Shown one piece after another: positions 47,179 to 58,096 of a stretch of 64,000 nucleotides of DNA. The position numbers and the translations under genes are program-made. Source of the stretch: an uncultured Aliarcobacter sp. (GTDB lineage Bacteria > Campylobacterota > Campylobacteria > Campylobacterales > Arcobacteraceae); contig OY781945.1 of NCBI GenBank assembly GCA_963677435.1, positions 1 to 64,000 of the forward strand, in the 5' to 3' direction. The notes under the pieces were generated by a model. The model saw nothing but the letters and a program-made list of their open reading frames with translations, was not told the DNA's origin and searched no databases. How positions within the stretch are numbered: position 1 is the stretch's first letter; each line of letters opens with the position of its first letter.

Positions 47179-48560
47179 AATTTTCTAATCTCCTCTACTA
47201 AATCAGAGGGAATTAAAGAGTAGTTGTTTTTTTTATAATTTCTTGAAGCAATTGCATGGGCTAAGCTTGCAGTTATGGCTGCATCAAGGACTTTATAGCC
47301 TTGAGCTAAAAGTGAGCCAATTAGACCACTTAAAACGTCTCCACTTCCACCTTTACTTAAAACGGCACTTCCAAAACTATTTACAAATAATTTCTCATTT
47401 TGAGAGATAATCACATTTGCACCTTTTAATAAAAGTACTACTTTTGGATATTTTTTAGAAAACATTTGCACATACAAAAATCTATTATTTTGTAATTCAC
47501 CAACATCAATATCTGCAATTTCACAAAGTTTTAAAAGTGAAATGAACTCTTTTGGATGGGGAGTTAAAACAACCTCTTGATTTAATACTTCGCAAATTAA
47601 TTCATCGTAAAATAAATCCGCATCTATTATTTTTGATACATCTTTATTTAGTAATCTTCTTATCTCTTGCGTTTCATATTTTCCTAAACCCATTCCAATT
47701 GCGATTGCTGTACAATTTTCACTAACAAAATGAGTTTGCATGATATGATAAGGTAAATCTAAATTTTCATGACAAACCACACTTACAAGTCCAGCTCCAA
47801 AACCAAAAGCAGCTTTTGCAGCAATTATTCCAGCACCTTTTTTGCAACCAGCAACTACATTTAAATGTCCAAAACTGCCCTTATGAGAGTTCTTTTTATT
47901 TCTAAAAGGTAAGTTCATATCACTTTCATCTAAGAGATATTTATTAGAGTCTATTTCATAAAGATTTCTTTGAATTCCTAAGTCTGCAACAACAATTTTT
48001 CCAACATAATCTTTAGCAATATCAGTAAAAAGTGAAGTTTTTAAAGCACCCATTGTAATTGTAACATCAGCCTCAAAAGCTGTTGATTCAACTTGTCCAA
48101 GATTATTTATTCCACTTGGAATATCACAAGCTATTTTTATAGATTCATAAGAGTTTAGAGTATTTATTAGATTTTCGCAGTTTTGATTTAATGGTTTATT
48201 CAAACCAGTTCCAAATATACAATCAACTATAACATCAGCATTTGAGAGTTCATCAACTACATTTACGCCTAAAGCTTGGGCTCTTTGTAGTTGCAGTTTT
48301 GCCATCTCTGATTTTACACCTGAGAATAAATAGAGTTTTACATCAAATTTTGTGTGAAGAAGTCTAACTAGAGTAATTCCATCTGCGCCATTGTTTCCAC
48401 TTCCACATATTATTAAAATTGATTTACAAGAAGAGTGATTTTCGCTGATATACAAAGCCATACTTGAAGCGGCATGTTCCATAAGTAAATCTTCACTTAG
48501 TAAAAATTTCTCGTAACATCTTTTGTCTAAAGAATTAACCTCATCAAATAATTTCTGCAT
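47175..48560 (-). CDS. nnr: Bifunctional NAD(P)HX epimerase/dehydratase
   Basis: LMEHAA, GSGNNGADG, DIPSG, SHKGSFG, LTPHPKE, GGSGDVLSG. Confidence 0.93.
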   Translation of the reverse strand: MQKLFDEVNSLDKRCYEKFLLSEDLLMEHAASSMALYISENHSSCKSILIICGSGNNGADGITLVRLLHTKFDVKLYLFSGVKSEMAKLQLQRAQALGVNVVDELSNADVIVDCIFGTGLNKPLNQNCENLINTLNSYESIKIACDIPSGINNLGQVESTAFEADVTITMGALKTSLFTDIAKDYVGKIVVADLGIQRNLYEIDSNKYLLDESDMNLPFRNKKNSHKGSFGHLNVVAGCKKGAGIIAAKAAFGFGAGLVSVVCHENLDLPYHIMQTHFVSENCTAIAIGMGLGKYETQEIRRLLNKDVSKIIDADLFYDELICEVLNQEVVLTPHPKEFISLLKLCEIADIDVGELQNNRFLYVQMFSKKYPKVVLLLKGANVIISQNEKLFVNSFGSAVLSKGGSGDVLSGLIGSLLAQGYKVLDAAITASLAHAIASRNYKKNNYSLIPSDLVEEIRKL

Positions 48561-48574
48561 TATATATCCTTTAT

Positions 48575-48922
48575 TTATTTTCTAAATTTCCAGCCATCAC
48601 TTTCTAAAATAGTTTTAATTTTCTCTTTTACATCTCCTTGAAGTTCAAGCCACTCTTCATTTATGGCTCCACCGCAAGCTAATTTTTTCTTCAAAAGTTT
48701 TAATACTTCTTTTTTATCATCTTCACTTATATTAAATCTTCCAACCAAAGTAACTGGTTTTCCTTTTCTTTTTTCAAAGGTAAATACTAATTGATGTTGA
48801 TTTTTTGGAATGATTTCATTTGAAGATTTAGCTGAGTTTTTTTTATCTTCTTTTGTAGTATCAAAACTATCTCCATCTAATTTTGCGCCCATTGAAAAAG
48901 CTAATTTATCTGCTAAGCCCAT
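48575..48922 (-). CDS. SUI1/YciH translation initiation factor-like protein
   Basis: [21 protein letters not shown]. Confidence 0.9.
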   Translation of the reverse strand: MGLADKLAFSMGAKLDGDSFDTTKEDKKNSAKSSNEIIPKNQHQLVFTFEKRKGKPVTLVGRFNISEDDKKEVLKLLKKKLACGGAINEEWLELQGDVKEKIKTILESDGWKFRK

Positions 48923-49923
48923 ATTAAATCCTTGATTCTTGATTGTACATCAATATCATTTATTAATATAAAATCATTTTGTTTATATTGTTCAACTGCA
49001 ACTCTTCCAATCATCGCTGCATTATCAGAGCAATATTTTAGTTCACTTAAATACAAACTTGTATTATGTTTTTCACATAACTCTTCAAGTTGTGAACGCA
49101 AATGTATATTCGCACTTGCTCCTCCAACGATTGCGAAGTTTTTTGGAACATTTTGTTTAAATAGTTTTTTTAGTTTTTGCATAATATGTAAAACAGCAGT
49201 TTTTTGAAAAGAGGCACAAATATCATATTTATCTTGCAAAGTTATTCCACCTTCTTGATTTTCAAGTTTTTCAATTTCAAGTCGAACTGCATTTTTTAAT
49301 CCAGAATATGAAAACTCAATTTTTGGACTTTGTTTTAGTGGAATTGGCAAATCAAATCTATTCTCATCACCTTTTAATCCATACTCTTGAACTACTGGAC
49401 CACCTGGGTATCCAAGTCCTAACATTTTTGAAACCTTATCAAAACTCTCTCCAAAACTATCATCCATTGTGCTTGCAACTACTTTCATATCATTTAAACT
49501 ATTTGCTTCTATGATTTGAGTGTGTCCTCCTGAAACTAATAAAATAGTCATAGGTAAGATTTCATCTTTTTCAATAAACAGTGAATAAATATGACCTTTT
49601 AGATGATTAACAGCAATTAATGGAAGTTTTAATGAAATAGCTAGCGCTTTTGCCATTGTTACGCCTTCCATTAGAGTAACTGAAAGACCTGGTGCATTTG
49701 TAACAGCGATCGCTTTTAGTTTTGGAAAATACTCTTTGCACTCTTCTAGGATTTTAGGCAAAGCTTCTATATGAAGCCTAGCTGCAAGTTCAGGAACAAC
49801 ACCACCATAAACGCTGTGTTGAAGTTCTTGAGATATTTTTTTATGGTAGATTAGTCTGTTTGTTTCAATTTCTGTAATAGCAATTGAACTATCATCACAA
49901 GAGCTTTCAATACTTAAAATCAA
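48913..49923 (-). CDS. tsaD: tRNA t6A threonylcarbamoyltransferase
   Basis: [36 protein letters not shown]. Confidence 0.97.
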   Translation of the reverse strand: MILSIESSCDDSSIAITEIETNRLIYHKKISQELQHSVYGGVVPELAARLHIEALPKILEECKEYFPKLKAIAVTNAPGLSVTLMEGVTMAKALAISLKLPLIAVNHLKGHIYSLFIEKDEILPMTILLVSGGHTQIIEANSLNDMKVVASTMDDSFGESFDKVSKMLGLGYPGGPVVQEYGLKGDENRFDLPIPLKQSPKIEFSYSGLKNAVRLEIEKLENQEGGITLQDKYDICASFQKTAVLHIMQKLKKLFKQNVPKNFAIVGGASANIHLRSQLEELCEKHNTSLYLSELKYCSDNAAMIGRVAVEQYKQNDFILINDIDVQSRIKDLIWA

Positions 49924-50489
49924 GATTCTGTTCTCTCTTCATTTATTTGACATTCATCAACTCTTTTTATCCAATCTAATGCACAATCAAGTTTTCCAAA
50001 TCCAGAAGATGCATTTATATGTCCAGCATTTTCCATGATTTTCATACCAATATTTAGTTTTGATTGAAGCTCAATTGCCTCTTCAATACTCATATATGGA
50101 TCATTTGTTGAAGCTGCCATGATTATCTCATTTGCTTTTAAATCTTTTGCAATTGGATAAGGGAAAAAAGTTTTAATCTCTTCTAAATTTGTATTTTTTG
50201 AAACTGGTGCAACTAACATCAATTTATCAAGTTTAATATCAAGTTCATCACAAGTGTGAAACCATAAAATATTCGCCAATGAGTGACAAACAACCATATC
50301 TGGTTTAAAATGAGTTAACTCTTTTTTTAAAAAATCTTTCCACTCTTCTAGTTTTGGATTTTCACGATTTGGAAAAGCAGGAAAAGAAACAACATAATTT
50401 TCTTTTATTAAATCACTTGCTAACTGCGCTTGCCAATGGGGGAAATCACTTCCTCCTAAACCATGAAGTATTAAAACTCTCTTACTCAA
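49920..50489 (-). CDS. RBBP9/YdeN family alpha/beta hydrolase
   Basis: [27 protein letters not shown]. Confidence 0.88.
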   Translation of the reverse strand: MSKRVLILHGLGGSDFPHWQAQLASDLIKENYVVSFPAFPNRENPKLEEWKDFLKKELTHFKPDMVVCHSLANILWFHTCDELDIKLDKLMLVAPVSKNTNLEEIKTFFPYPIAKDLKANEIIMAASTNDPYMSIEEAIELQSKLNIGMKIMENAGHINASSGFGKLDCALDWIKRVDECQINEERTES

Positions 50490-50501
50490 TTTTTAATCCT
50501 T

Positions 50502-50927
50502 TTAATAATTTCGAACACATCTTACATATTTTTTTGTTTCTCTGTTGTCAAAATATGGCGTTCCACTCACAAAAAACATATAATCTGCGTTATACCAAAA
50601 TGTTCTCCAATGTGCCGTTGAAGCCCAATATCCATCTGGAACATTATATTTAAATGCAGAATTGATATTTGTTTTTACATTCTTTTTAAATACGATTGTT
50701 TCAAACTCGTCAATATGTGCCAAACGCCAATCTGAAAAACCTAAGAAACTAAGATTATTACAATATTCTTCAGCTTTATAATGGTTCATTAAATTCTTAA
50801 TTACTGATATATCATCAACCCACATTAATTTTGTAACATCATCTAAAACAACTTGTTTTGCATTATCTCTATAAATTCTTGCATCAAGCAGTGATAAAAA
50901 AACAAGTACTAACAGTAAGTATTTCAT
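50502..50927 (-). CDS. DUF1566 (Lcl C-terminal-like) exported protein
   Basis: VLDDVTKLMW, AEEYC, GFSDWRL, YWAST, YVRCVR. Confidence 0.85.
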   Translation of the reverse strand: MKYLLLVLVFLSLLDARIYRDNAKQVVLDDVTKLMWVDDISVIKNLMNHYKAEEYCNNLSFLGFSDWRLAHIDEFETIVFKKNVKTNINSAFKYNVPDGYWASTAHWRTFWYNADYMFFVSGTPYFDNRETKKYVRCVRNY

Positions 50928-51211
50928 TAGTTATCCTTTATATTGGATACTTCAAACTTTCCTCTTTTAAGTGCTGATTCTACATTAGAATCAAGCAACT
51001 CAATATTTACTTTATAGTCAGTTTTATAAACTAAACCAACCAACTCTTTATGAGAAGTTTTCTCTTTCTCTATTGTACTATGTTTTTTCCATTCATCAAA
51101 TTTTTCTTCATACAATTTTGTTATATCTTTTTCAAAATTATTTCTTGAATAAATTAAATAAATAACCATAATCAGAAGTATTGCAAAAGGTATTAATAAA
51201 TCAAGCCCCAC
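50927..51211 (-). CDS. Hypothetical protein with N-terminal membrane anchor
   Basis: Coupled ORF within the operon; single TM helix. Confidence 0.7.
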   Translation of the reverse strand: MGLDLLIPFAILLIMVIYLIYSRNNFEKDITKLYEEKFDEWKKHSTIEKEKTSHKELVGLVYKTDYKVNIELLDSNVESALKRGKFEVSNIKDN

Positions 51212-52268
51212 AGTAACTTCTCACCTCTTTATCTATTTCAAATATCTCTTCTATTGATGTTGGTTTAACATTATTAAATTTATTTATTGCATTTAATGTG
51301 ATTTTTGAAACATCTAAAAATCCAATTTGTGAATTTAAAAATTTTGCAACTGCAACTTCATTAGCAGCATTTAAAACAACTCCCAAATCAAGATTATTTA
51401 ATATATCATCTTTTATTTCCCAGATTGGGTATCTTGATGTTTCAATTTTTTTAAACTCTAAAGAAGCCACTTCTACTAAATCAACTGGTTTTAAAATTGC
51501 TTCATCACAAACCCCAAGTATTGCATAAGCAATTGGAAGTTGCATAGAAGCATTTGCAATATGTGCAGTTGTACTTCCATCAGTAAAATTTATAAAAGCA
51601 TGAATAAGTGATTTTGTTTCGATAATTGCATCAAGTTTTCGTATATCAAAAAGCCAAGCTGCTTCCATTAGTTCAAACATTTTGTTTGTCATTGTTGCAC
51701 TATCAATTGTGATTTTATTTCCCATTGACCAGTTTGGATGTTCTAATGCTTCTTTGATTGATACATTTGCCAATTTATCAAGGGGATAATCTCTAAAAGA
51801 GCCTCCACTTGCAGTTATTAACATTGAATCTATTTTCTTATCTTGAAGTAAATACCAAAGTCCAAAATGTTCACTATCAATTGGTTTTAATTTTGTTTGG
51901 TCTATAAATTTTCCAGCAACAACTAAAGACTCTTTATTTGCTAAAGCGATATTTTTCCCACACTCGATAGCTTTTAAAGTTGGTCGTAAACCTAAAAATC
52001 CAACAAGTGCATTTACAACAGTAGAAGTTTCACTTTGTTCTATTGCTTCTAAGATTGCATTTTGCCCAAAAGATACATTGTTATGATTTACTAAAGAGAT
52101 ATCTTGCTCTCTATCAATTACAACTTTTTTAGGTTTAAACTCTTTTATTTGTTGGTTTAATAACTCTATATTTCGTCCAGCTACTAAAACCTCAACTTCA
52201 AGATTAAATTTTCGTGCGATATTTAATGTATTTACACCTATTGAGCCTGTACTTCCAAGAAGTATCAA
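51201..52268 (-). CDS. dxr: 1-deoxy-D-xylulose-5-phosphate reductoisomerase
   Basis: LGSTGSIG, LANKESLV, PIDSEH, HPNWSMG, NAANE. Confidence 0.97.
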   Translation of the reverse strand: MILLGSTGSIGVNTLNIARKFNLEVEVLVAGRNIELLNQQIKEFKPKKVVIDREQDISLVNHNNVSFGQNAILEAIEQSETSTVVNALVGFLGLRPTLKAIECGKNIALANKESLVVAGKFIDQTKLKPIDSEHFGLWYLLQDKKIDSMLITASGGSFRDYPLDKLANVSIKEALEHPNWSMGNKITIDSATMTNKMFELMEAAWLFDIRKLDAIIETKSLIHAFINFTDGSTTAHIANASMQLPIAYAILGVCDEAILKPVDLVEVASLEFKKIETSRYPIWEIKDDILNNLDLGVVLNAANEVAVAKFLNSQIGFLDVSKITLNAINKFNNVKPTSIEEIFEIDKEVRSYCGA

Positions 52269-53023
52269 ATTACTACCCTTAATAACACTAACATGAAAAT
52301 AGCACCAAATAAATATCCATCAGTTCTATCTAATATTCCACCATGTCCAGGAAGAATTGAGCCACTATCTTTTACATCAGCTTCTCTTTTTAAGTAACTT
52401 TCAAATAAATCTCCAAAAATTGAAGCAACTGATACAACTGCTGAAATTATTAAAGAGTTGATAAATCCAACTTCATTTATTGAGAAAAGTGCTCCTAAAA
52501 TTACTGCAAAAATAACTCCTCCAATAACACCTTCTAAAGTTTTATTAGGACTTGTTTCACAAAATTTTGTTTTTCCAATGCTTTTTCCTACAAAATAAGC
52601 ACCAATATCAGTACTTGCAACAATTATTAATAACCATAAAAGTGTCATAGAACCATATTCACTATATAAAGACAAAAGAAATAAAAATGATGCAGTTGGA
52701 TATAAAAGTGGTAAAAACATATGTACATTTAGTGTTTTTTTATACGCCAACTGTGAAGCATAAGCAATAGCCACAATAAATACTAAATCTTCTGGTTTTG
52801 GATAAAAATATGCTGCTATCCATAAAAGTGAAGTGTATACATAAATACTATCACTTTTTAAACCAAAAAGTTTTTTTGCTTCAGATATAGAAATCATTAA
52901 CATGATTCCAAAAACTAACCAAAATATAAAATATGAATCGATATAACCTATTACTAGCATTGCTATAAATAATACAATACCTGTTTTTATACGAGTTGAA
53001 CTCTCATTTATTATGTTTAACAT
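52265..53023 (-). CDS. cdsA: Phosphatidate cytidylyltransferase
   Basis: SPNKTLEG, GDLFESYLKR, KDSGSILPGHGGILDR. Confidence 0.96.
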   Translation of the reverse strand: MLNIINESSTRIKTGIVLFIAMLVIGYIDSYFIFWLVFGIMLMISISEAKKLFGLKSDSIYVYTSLLWIAAYFYPKPEDLVFIVAIAYASQLAYKKTLNVHMFLPLLYPTASFLFLLSLYSEYGSMTLLWLLIIVASTDIGAYFVGKSIGKTKFCETSPNKTLEGVIGGVIFAVILGALFSINEVGFINSLIISAVVSVASIFGDLFESYLKREADVKDSGSILPGHGGILDRTDGYLFGAIFMLVLLRVVI

Positions 53024-53109
53024 CTCATTGAACCTTAAATTTAAAAGTTCAATATTATATCTAAAATTGATTTGTAATTATTAAAGTATAGTAAAGAAGA
53101 TTAATATTA

Positions 53110-53145
53110 TTAAGAATAATGTATTTTTTTATACATTATTCTTAA
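53110..53145. terminator. 15-bp perfect AT-rich hairpin downstream of traT-like gene
   Basis: TTAAGAATAATGTAT-tttttt-ATACATTATTCTTAA. Confidence 0.55.
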
Positions 53146-53150
53146 ATTTT

Positions 53151-53927
53151 CTAAAATAGTCCAGCTATTTGAGCTGAAATTTGTTTTTCTAAAATAGGTG
53201 TTGCTTCTGCTAATGTTAAATTCATTTTTGTAGCTTCTGCAAATAACATAGTTTTGTGTTCAATATAATCAGTTTCATATTGTTGAGCTGTTGCATTTCC
53301 CATATTTGAGTTTAATTTTCCTGAAGCATTTGCATTTTTTATATTTCCTGCAAATCCATTCATAAATCCAGCTTTACTTGAATCACTTACACTTGCTTGT
53401 CCATTTGCTGATGCAGTTGATGTATAAACTTTTCCATTAGCTTTTTCTCTAATTAAAATATCAACTTGCATTTGGAAGATTGTGTCTTCAGTCGCTTTTG
53501 CAATTAATCCACCAATTAAAGCAGCTCCTAAACCAACTCCTACCATTTGTCCAGCTCCACCGTTATTATATCCAGAAACTCCAGCTCCAACTGCACCTGC
53601 TGCTAGTGCCCCACCTGCTGTATTATTCTCTTGTTTTTTATCACAATATAATACATTCATCATTAAAACATATGTTGCTAGGGCTGGATCTTCAACTACA
53701 GTATAACCTTTAGCTTGTAATGCACTTAAGATACTGTTTTCAAGATTTATATTTTGGCCACTTGTATTTTTACTAGAAACAAAAATTAATCTTTTATTTT
53801 TAGCAACTGGATTTATAAATACACTTTGTGTCATTTTTGAACTAGTTTGTAATTCTGATGTTGCACAACCTGAGAATAATATAGTTGCAGCTACAACACT
53901 CATTCCTAATGATTTTAATTTTATCAT
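53151..53927 (-). CDS. traT: TraT-like complement-resistance lipoprotein
   Basis: Lipobox LFSGC, KMTQSVF, KNTSG, Gly/Ala-rich hairpin, ending IAGLF; start moved to ATG 53927 after AAGGA. Confidence 0.82.
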   Translation of the reverse strand: MIKLKSLGMSVVAATILFSGCATSELQTSSKMTQSVFINPVAKNKRLIFVSSKNTSGQNINLENSILSALQAKGYTVVEDPALATYVLMMNVLYCDKKQENNTAGGALAAGAVGAGVSGYNNGGAGQMVGVGLGAALIGGLIAKATEDTIFQMQVDILIREKANGKVYTSTASANGQASVSDSSKAGFMNGFAGNIKNANASGKLNSNMGNATAQQYETDYIEHKTMLFAEATKMNLTLAEATPILEKQISAQIAGLF

Positions 53928-54001
53928 TCTTTTTCCTTTTTCAATTGATTCTATAATTATACTATTCAAATGACTCATTATTGACTCATTTTTAATGAAA
54001 T

Positions 54002-55330
54002 TTAAAATTTTATAACTATTGTTGTATATGGATTATATAAAACATTTGCACCTGATTGGATTTTTACATTTCTTCTTTGGGTAAAATCTACTTCATAAGT
54101 TCCTGCAAAATCTACAGAAAATTTTGCACATAAAATTGCTGCTTGCTCTATTACATTATCTGGAATTGTTTTTTTGCTATTTTGAACAATTACATGAGAT
54201 GATGGTCTATCTTTTAGGTGAAACCAAAAATCACTAGCTTTTGAATTTTCTAATAAATAGATATTTTCTCTCTCACTTGTTCCTAACATTATTTTAAAAC
54301 CTTCAAAATAAAAACTTTCACAAAGTTGAGCTTTTTTTGTTTTTATTTGATTTCTTTCTTTTTTTGGAGATAAAAATTCGCACTCTTCGATAGATTCAGC
54401 ATTATTTATATTATTCATAAGTCTTAATAAAAATTCTAATTTTTCATCTAAATTATCTTTTTCTAATGAGATATTAGAAGCTTTTTGTTTTGCTCTTTTT
54501 GCTTTTTTAAATAAATCATTTGAATATTTTGAAGCACTTGATTTCTCTTCTAAATCAATCTCAACTTCAACTCCTTCATAATTAAAAACTTTTAAACTTT
54601 TTTGATAAGGTTTAATATTATGTAAATTTGAAAGTATTAAATTTGCTTTTTCATAAAGCATATTAGATTCAAGTTCCAATTCCTCTTTTTTAGGCAAAGA
54701 TTCAATAGTTTTTTTTAGTTTCTTTGCTTTCTTATCTATTTGAGATATTTTCTGTTTTTTTACATTTTCTAAACTCTGTTTCTCTTTTTCTTCATAGATT
54801 TCATATAAATACTCTTCAATATTCTCAACTGTATCTACTTTGGGTATAAAACTTTGCTTTGGAATTTCATCAAGTTTTATTCCAACTTTTACAACTCTAC
54901 TTGAAGAGAACTCATCCACATGTCTTAGAGCTTCAATTATTACTCTATTTTCATCTAAGATAATTATATTTGTATGTTTTCCTGTAAATTCAAGTTGTAA
55001 AATTGTTGTTAATTTTTTATATGAAGATGAAGAATTTACTTTTATATTTATTATTTTGTCATCATTATAAAGTTCAATATTCTCTATTTTTGAGTTATAA
55101 AATCTTTTTTGTAAGGCAACATCAAATGGTGCATTAAAATCTTTTTTTGACGATAAAACTTTCTTACATTTAAAAATTGTACTGTTACTTTTTGATATAT
55201 CAACATATATTATATTTCTATTATTAAATTCAATTATAATAATATTATTGTCAATTCTCCTTAAAAGCTTGATATTTTGGGCATTTATAGACAAATAATC
55301 AACTATTTGCTTTAATAAAAAATGTTTCAT
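54002..55330 (-). CDS. NFACT/FbpA (RqcH-like) RNA-binding protein
   Basis: LEFTGKHTNIII, IEALRH, DFWFHLKDRPSSHVI, VDFTQRRNV. Confidence 0.88.
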   Translation of the reverse strand: MKHFLLKQIVDYLSINAQNIKLLRRIDNNIIIIEFNNRNIIYVDISKSNSTIFKCKKVLSSKKDFNAPFDVALQKRFYNSKIENIELYNDDKIINIKVNSSSSYKKLTTILQLEFTGKHTNIIILDENRVIIEALRHVDEFSSSRVVKVGIKLDEIPKQSFIPKVDTVENIEEYLYEIYEEKEKQSLENVKKQKISQIDKKAKKLKKTIESLPKKEELELESNMLYEKANLILSNLHNIKPYQKSLKVFNYEGVEVEIDLEEKSSASKYSNDLFKKAKRAKQKASNISLEKDNLDEKLEFLLRLMNNINNAESIEECEFLSPKKERNQIKTKKAQLCESFYFEGFKIMLGTSERENIYLLENSKASDFWFHLKDRPSSHVIVQNSKKTIPDNVIEQAAILCAKFSVDFAGTYEVDFTQRRNVKIQSGANVLYNPYTTIVIKF

Positions 55331-55415
55331 AATTATTCACTTTTTGTAATTTTTTCTAAGAATTTATTTATATACATTAGCTATAATGATATAAATTTTT
55401 CTATCGGAGTATAAC

Positions 55416-55736
55416 ATGAAATTATTAAAAATCATTTTGGCAAGTTCATTGCTTTTAGGTGTTGCATCAACTTCATTATCAGCAGATGCAGTAAAAGGTC
55501 AGAAGTTATTTACAAAATTTCTAAAAGGACCTTGTGATATGACAGGTGCAAAATTTGCTGCAAAACATTCTCAAGAAGAGTGGAAACAAATTAAAGAAGC
55601 TGGTAAATTCGAAGCTGAAGTTATGAGTATTTGTCCAAATGTAAAAGCTGGTGATTTAAGTAAATCTGTTCAAGATAATATTATTGAATTTTCAATTGAA
55701 TTTGCAAATGATTCTGGAAATGTTCCTTCTTGTTAA
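55416..55736 (+). CDS. Small exported Cys-containing protein (cytochrome c-like N-terminus, no CxxCH)
   Basis: Signal peptide, ADAVKGQKLF, three Cys including the terminal VPSC, HSQEEW. Confidence 0.7.
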   Translation: MKLLKIILASSLLLGVASTSLSADAVKGQKLFTKFLKGPCDMTGAKFAAKHSQEEWKQIKEAGKFEAEVMSICPNVKAGDLSKSVQDNIIEFSIEFANDSGNVPSC

Positions 55737-55755
55737 TAATATAAGTTGAAATTAT

Positions 55756-55788
55756 AAAAAGGGGGTGACATAAAAAGCACCCCTTTTT
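55756..55788 (+). terminator. Intrinsic terminator-like hairpin
   Basis: AAAAAGGGGGTG...CACCCCTTTTT. Confidence 0.65.
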
Positions 55789-55844
55789 AATGACTACTAA
55801 TAATCTTAAACAAAAATAATAAAGATTTAAATAAAGGAAAAAAC

Positions 55845-57437
55845 ATGAAAAAAAGTCTAATTGCGCTGTCTTGCGTAGCAGCGTTTGCAAGCACAACTTT
55901 TGCCAGCGATGTTAATGCTGAAATGCTTAAACAAATTCAAGCCCTAAAAGCTCAAATTGATGCTTTAGAAAAAAAAGTAGCAGCTCAAGAGGCTACACAA
56001 ACTCAAAAAGTTGAACAACCTGCACTAACAACTATTGATGAAAAAAGAATTGAAAAAATTGAAAAAAAACTTGACACTGTTTCAAAAACTGCAACCGCTG
56101 CAAAAATCCAAAGCGGAAATGATAATCTAAAATGGGATGTTGATTTTAGAACACAAGTTGATAATATTCAATATAAACTAGCAGATGGTTCAAAAGCAAA
56201 AAATAATGCTTTATTAACTAATAGATTATGGTTAGGTGCTGGTTATAAAGCAGATGACAACTCATCATTTCACGGAAAATTATCTTATAACAAAGCCTTT
56301 GGAGATACAGCAAATCACTCACAATCAAATACAAATCCTGGATATGCAAACTTTGACTGGGTTACAAATGAAAATGCAACGGACAATACAATCAAACTAA
56401 AAGAAGCTTATTGGTTATATTCAAATGACACATTCTTTGGAACAGATATTCCATGGTCAGCATCAGTTGGAAGAAGACCTTCAACAGATGGTTTACCTAT
56501 AAATATAAGAAATGACCAAAAAGAAAACTCTCCCTTATCACATGTGGTTGATGTTGAGTTTGATGGATTCTCATTTAAATTTGACACAGAAGCAGTTACT
56601 GGATTTACTGGTTCTTGGTTTAAAATTTGTGCAGGAAGGGGTTTATCAAATGCAACACCTAGATTTGATATGTTTAGCCCTGCATATTCAACAGATGATA
56701 GTAAAAATGTAGATGTGGATTTATTAGGAATAATTGCTGTTCCTTATGATAATGGGCAATATTCAGTTCATATGAACTATGCTAGAGCTTGGAATTTAAT
56801 TGGATTTGATGGGCAATCTTTAAATAATTTCAATACTAAATATAGCGCATATCAAAGTTCACCAAGTGCTACTACTGCATATGATTTACAAATGGCAAGT
56901 CCATCATTTAAAGATGTTGGAGATATTGACTATGCAACTATTTTGTTTAAAACTGAAGGTATAGGAAATGGCATTTCTGATTATTTAGATAACAGTGTTG
57001 CTTTTGCTTCATTTGCAATGAGTAAAACTAATCCAAATGATTTAGGGATGTTAGGTTCAACTGATTCAGAAACAGGGACATCTGTTTGGTTAGGAATAAA
57101 TGCACCATGTCCTATTACACCAGATAGTGCGAAAATTGGATTTGAATGGAATAAAGGTAGTAAATATTGGCGATCTATGACTTATGGTGAAGATACTTAT
57201 GCTGGAAGTAAAATTGCTGTTCGAGGTCAAGCATGGGAAGTTTATAGAACTCAAAAATTAACTAATGCTTTAAGTTTTGGAGTTAGTTATGTATTAATGC
57301 AATATGATTATACAGGTTCAAACTCTTTCTTTGGAGCAGATGGAACTCCTATGACCATGGCAGAAGCTCAAAGTGCTGGACAAAATCCAGTTAAAGAAGC
57401 TCAAGATATTAGAGCTTATATGAGATATAGATTCTAA
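55845..57437 (+). CDS. DUF3373 family putative outer membrane beta-barrel protein
   Basis: Signal peptide, coiled coil, TNRLWL, SVGRRPSTDG, GSKYW, C-terminal YMRYRF. Confidence 0.8.
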   Translation: MKKSLIALSCVAAFASTTFASDVNAEMLKQIQALKAQIDALEKKVAAQEATQTQKVEQPALTTIDEKRIEKIEKKLDTVSKTATAAKIQSGNDNLKWDVDFRTQVDNIQYKLADGSKAKNNALLTNRLWLGAGYKADDNSSFHGKLSYNKAFGDTANHSQSNTNPGYANFDWVTNENATDNTIKLKEAYWLYSNDTFFGTDIPWSASVGRRPSTDGLPINIRNDQKENSPLSHVVDVEFDGFSFKFDTEAVTGFTGSWFKICAGRGLSNATPRFDMFSPAYSTDDSKNVDVDLLGIIAVPYDNGQYSVHMNYARAWNLIGFDGQSLNNFNTKYSAYQSSPSATTAYDLQMASPSFKDVGDIDYATILFKTEGIGNGISDYLDNSVAFASFAMSKTNPNDLGMLGSTDSETGTSVWLGINAPCPITPDSAKIGFEWNKGSKYWRSMTYGEDTYAGSKIAVRGQAWEVYRTQKLTNALSFGVSYVLMQYDYTGSNSFFGADGTPMTMAEAQSAGQNPVKEAQDIRAYMRYRF

Positions 57438-57439
57438 AT

Positions 57440-57463
57440 AAAAAGAGGATTTAACCTCTTTTT
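57440..57463. terminator. Bidirectional terminator
   Basis: AAAAAGAGG-atttaa-CCTCTTTTT between convergent genes. Confidence 0.7.
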
Positions 57464-57470
57464 ATATTTT

Positions 57471-57986
57471 CTATCTTATATTGTATTTATCAAACTTATA
57501 TATAACTTTTTCAGCAAGTTCAATCATCTTAATATTCAACTTTCTAAATTCTTTATCTTTTATCTCTATTAAAAGATTATCATAAACATTTGCATATGGA
57601 TAAATAATAAAATAAATATACTCTTTTGATTTTGATTCTTTATTTAACTCTTTAAACCAAAGAGCAAGAAGTGAGAAATAAAGCATAGAAGGATTAAACT
57701 CTTCATTTTGTTTTAAATTTTTTGAAATTTCTTCATTTATAAAATTGTATCCATCTAATATAGCTTTAATTTTGTAGTGTTTTCTGTTTGATAAATAGTA
57801 GTTTGGCGGAAATGTTACATTTGAAATTTGTTTTAACATATCATTTCCAATATTATTAAATTTATTAATAACTTCTTTATCCATAATATATTTATCTAAG
57901 TCTATCCCATCTTTATACGATAGAATTAAGTCTTTACAAAATAACAATATACTTTCCGTTTTTATTTTTGATAAGTTTAAAATCAT
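57471..57986 (-). CDS. Hypothetical protein
   Basis: 171-aa ORF filling the intergenic space; no motif recognised. Confidence 0.65.
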   Translation of the reverse strand: MILNLSKIKTESILLFCKDLILSYKDGIDLDKYIMDKEVINKFNNIGNDMLKQISNVTFPPNYYLSNRKHYKIKAILDGYNFINEEISKNLKQNEEFNPSMLYFSLLALWFKELNKESKSKEYIYFIIYPYANVYDNLLIEIKDKEFRKLNIKMIELAEKVIYKFDKYNIR

Positions 57987-58096
57987 GCTTAATTGTAACG
58001 AAAATTTACTAAATTAAGTTATATCTCATTAAGTTTAAGTCAGTTTGAGGTAAAATAATCGTAATTTAATAAATAATTAAGAAAAAAAGGAATTTA

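Noticed and set aside
53151..53978. Integrated conjugative element signalled by traT
   Set aside because: Flanked by housekeeping genes, with no other transfer functions.
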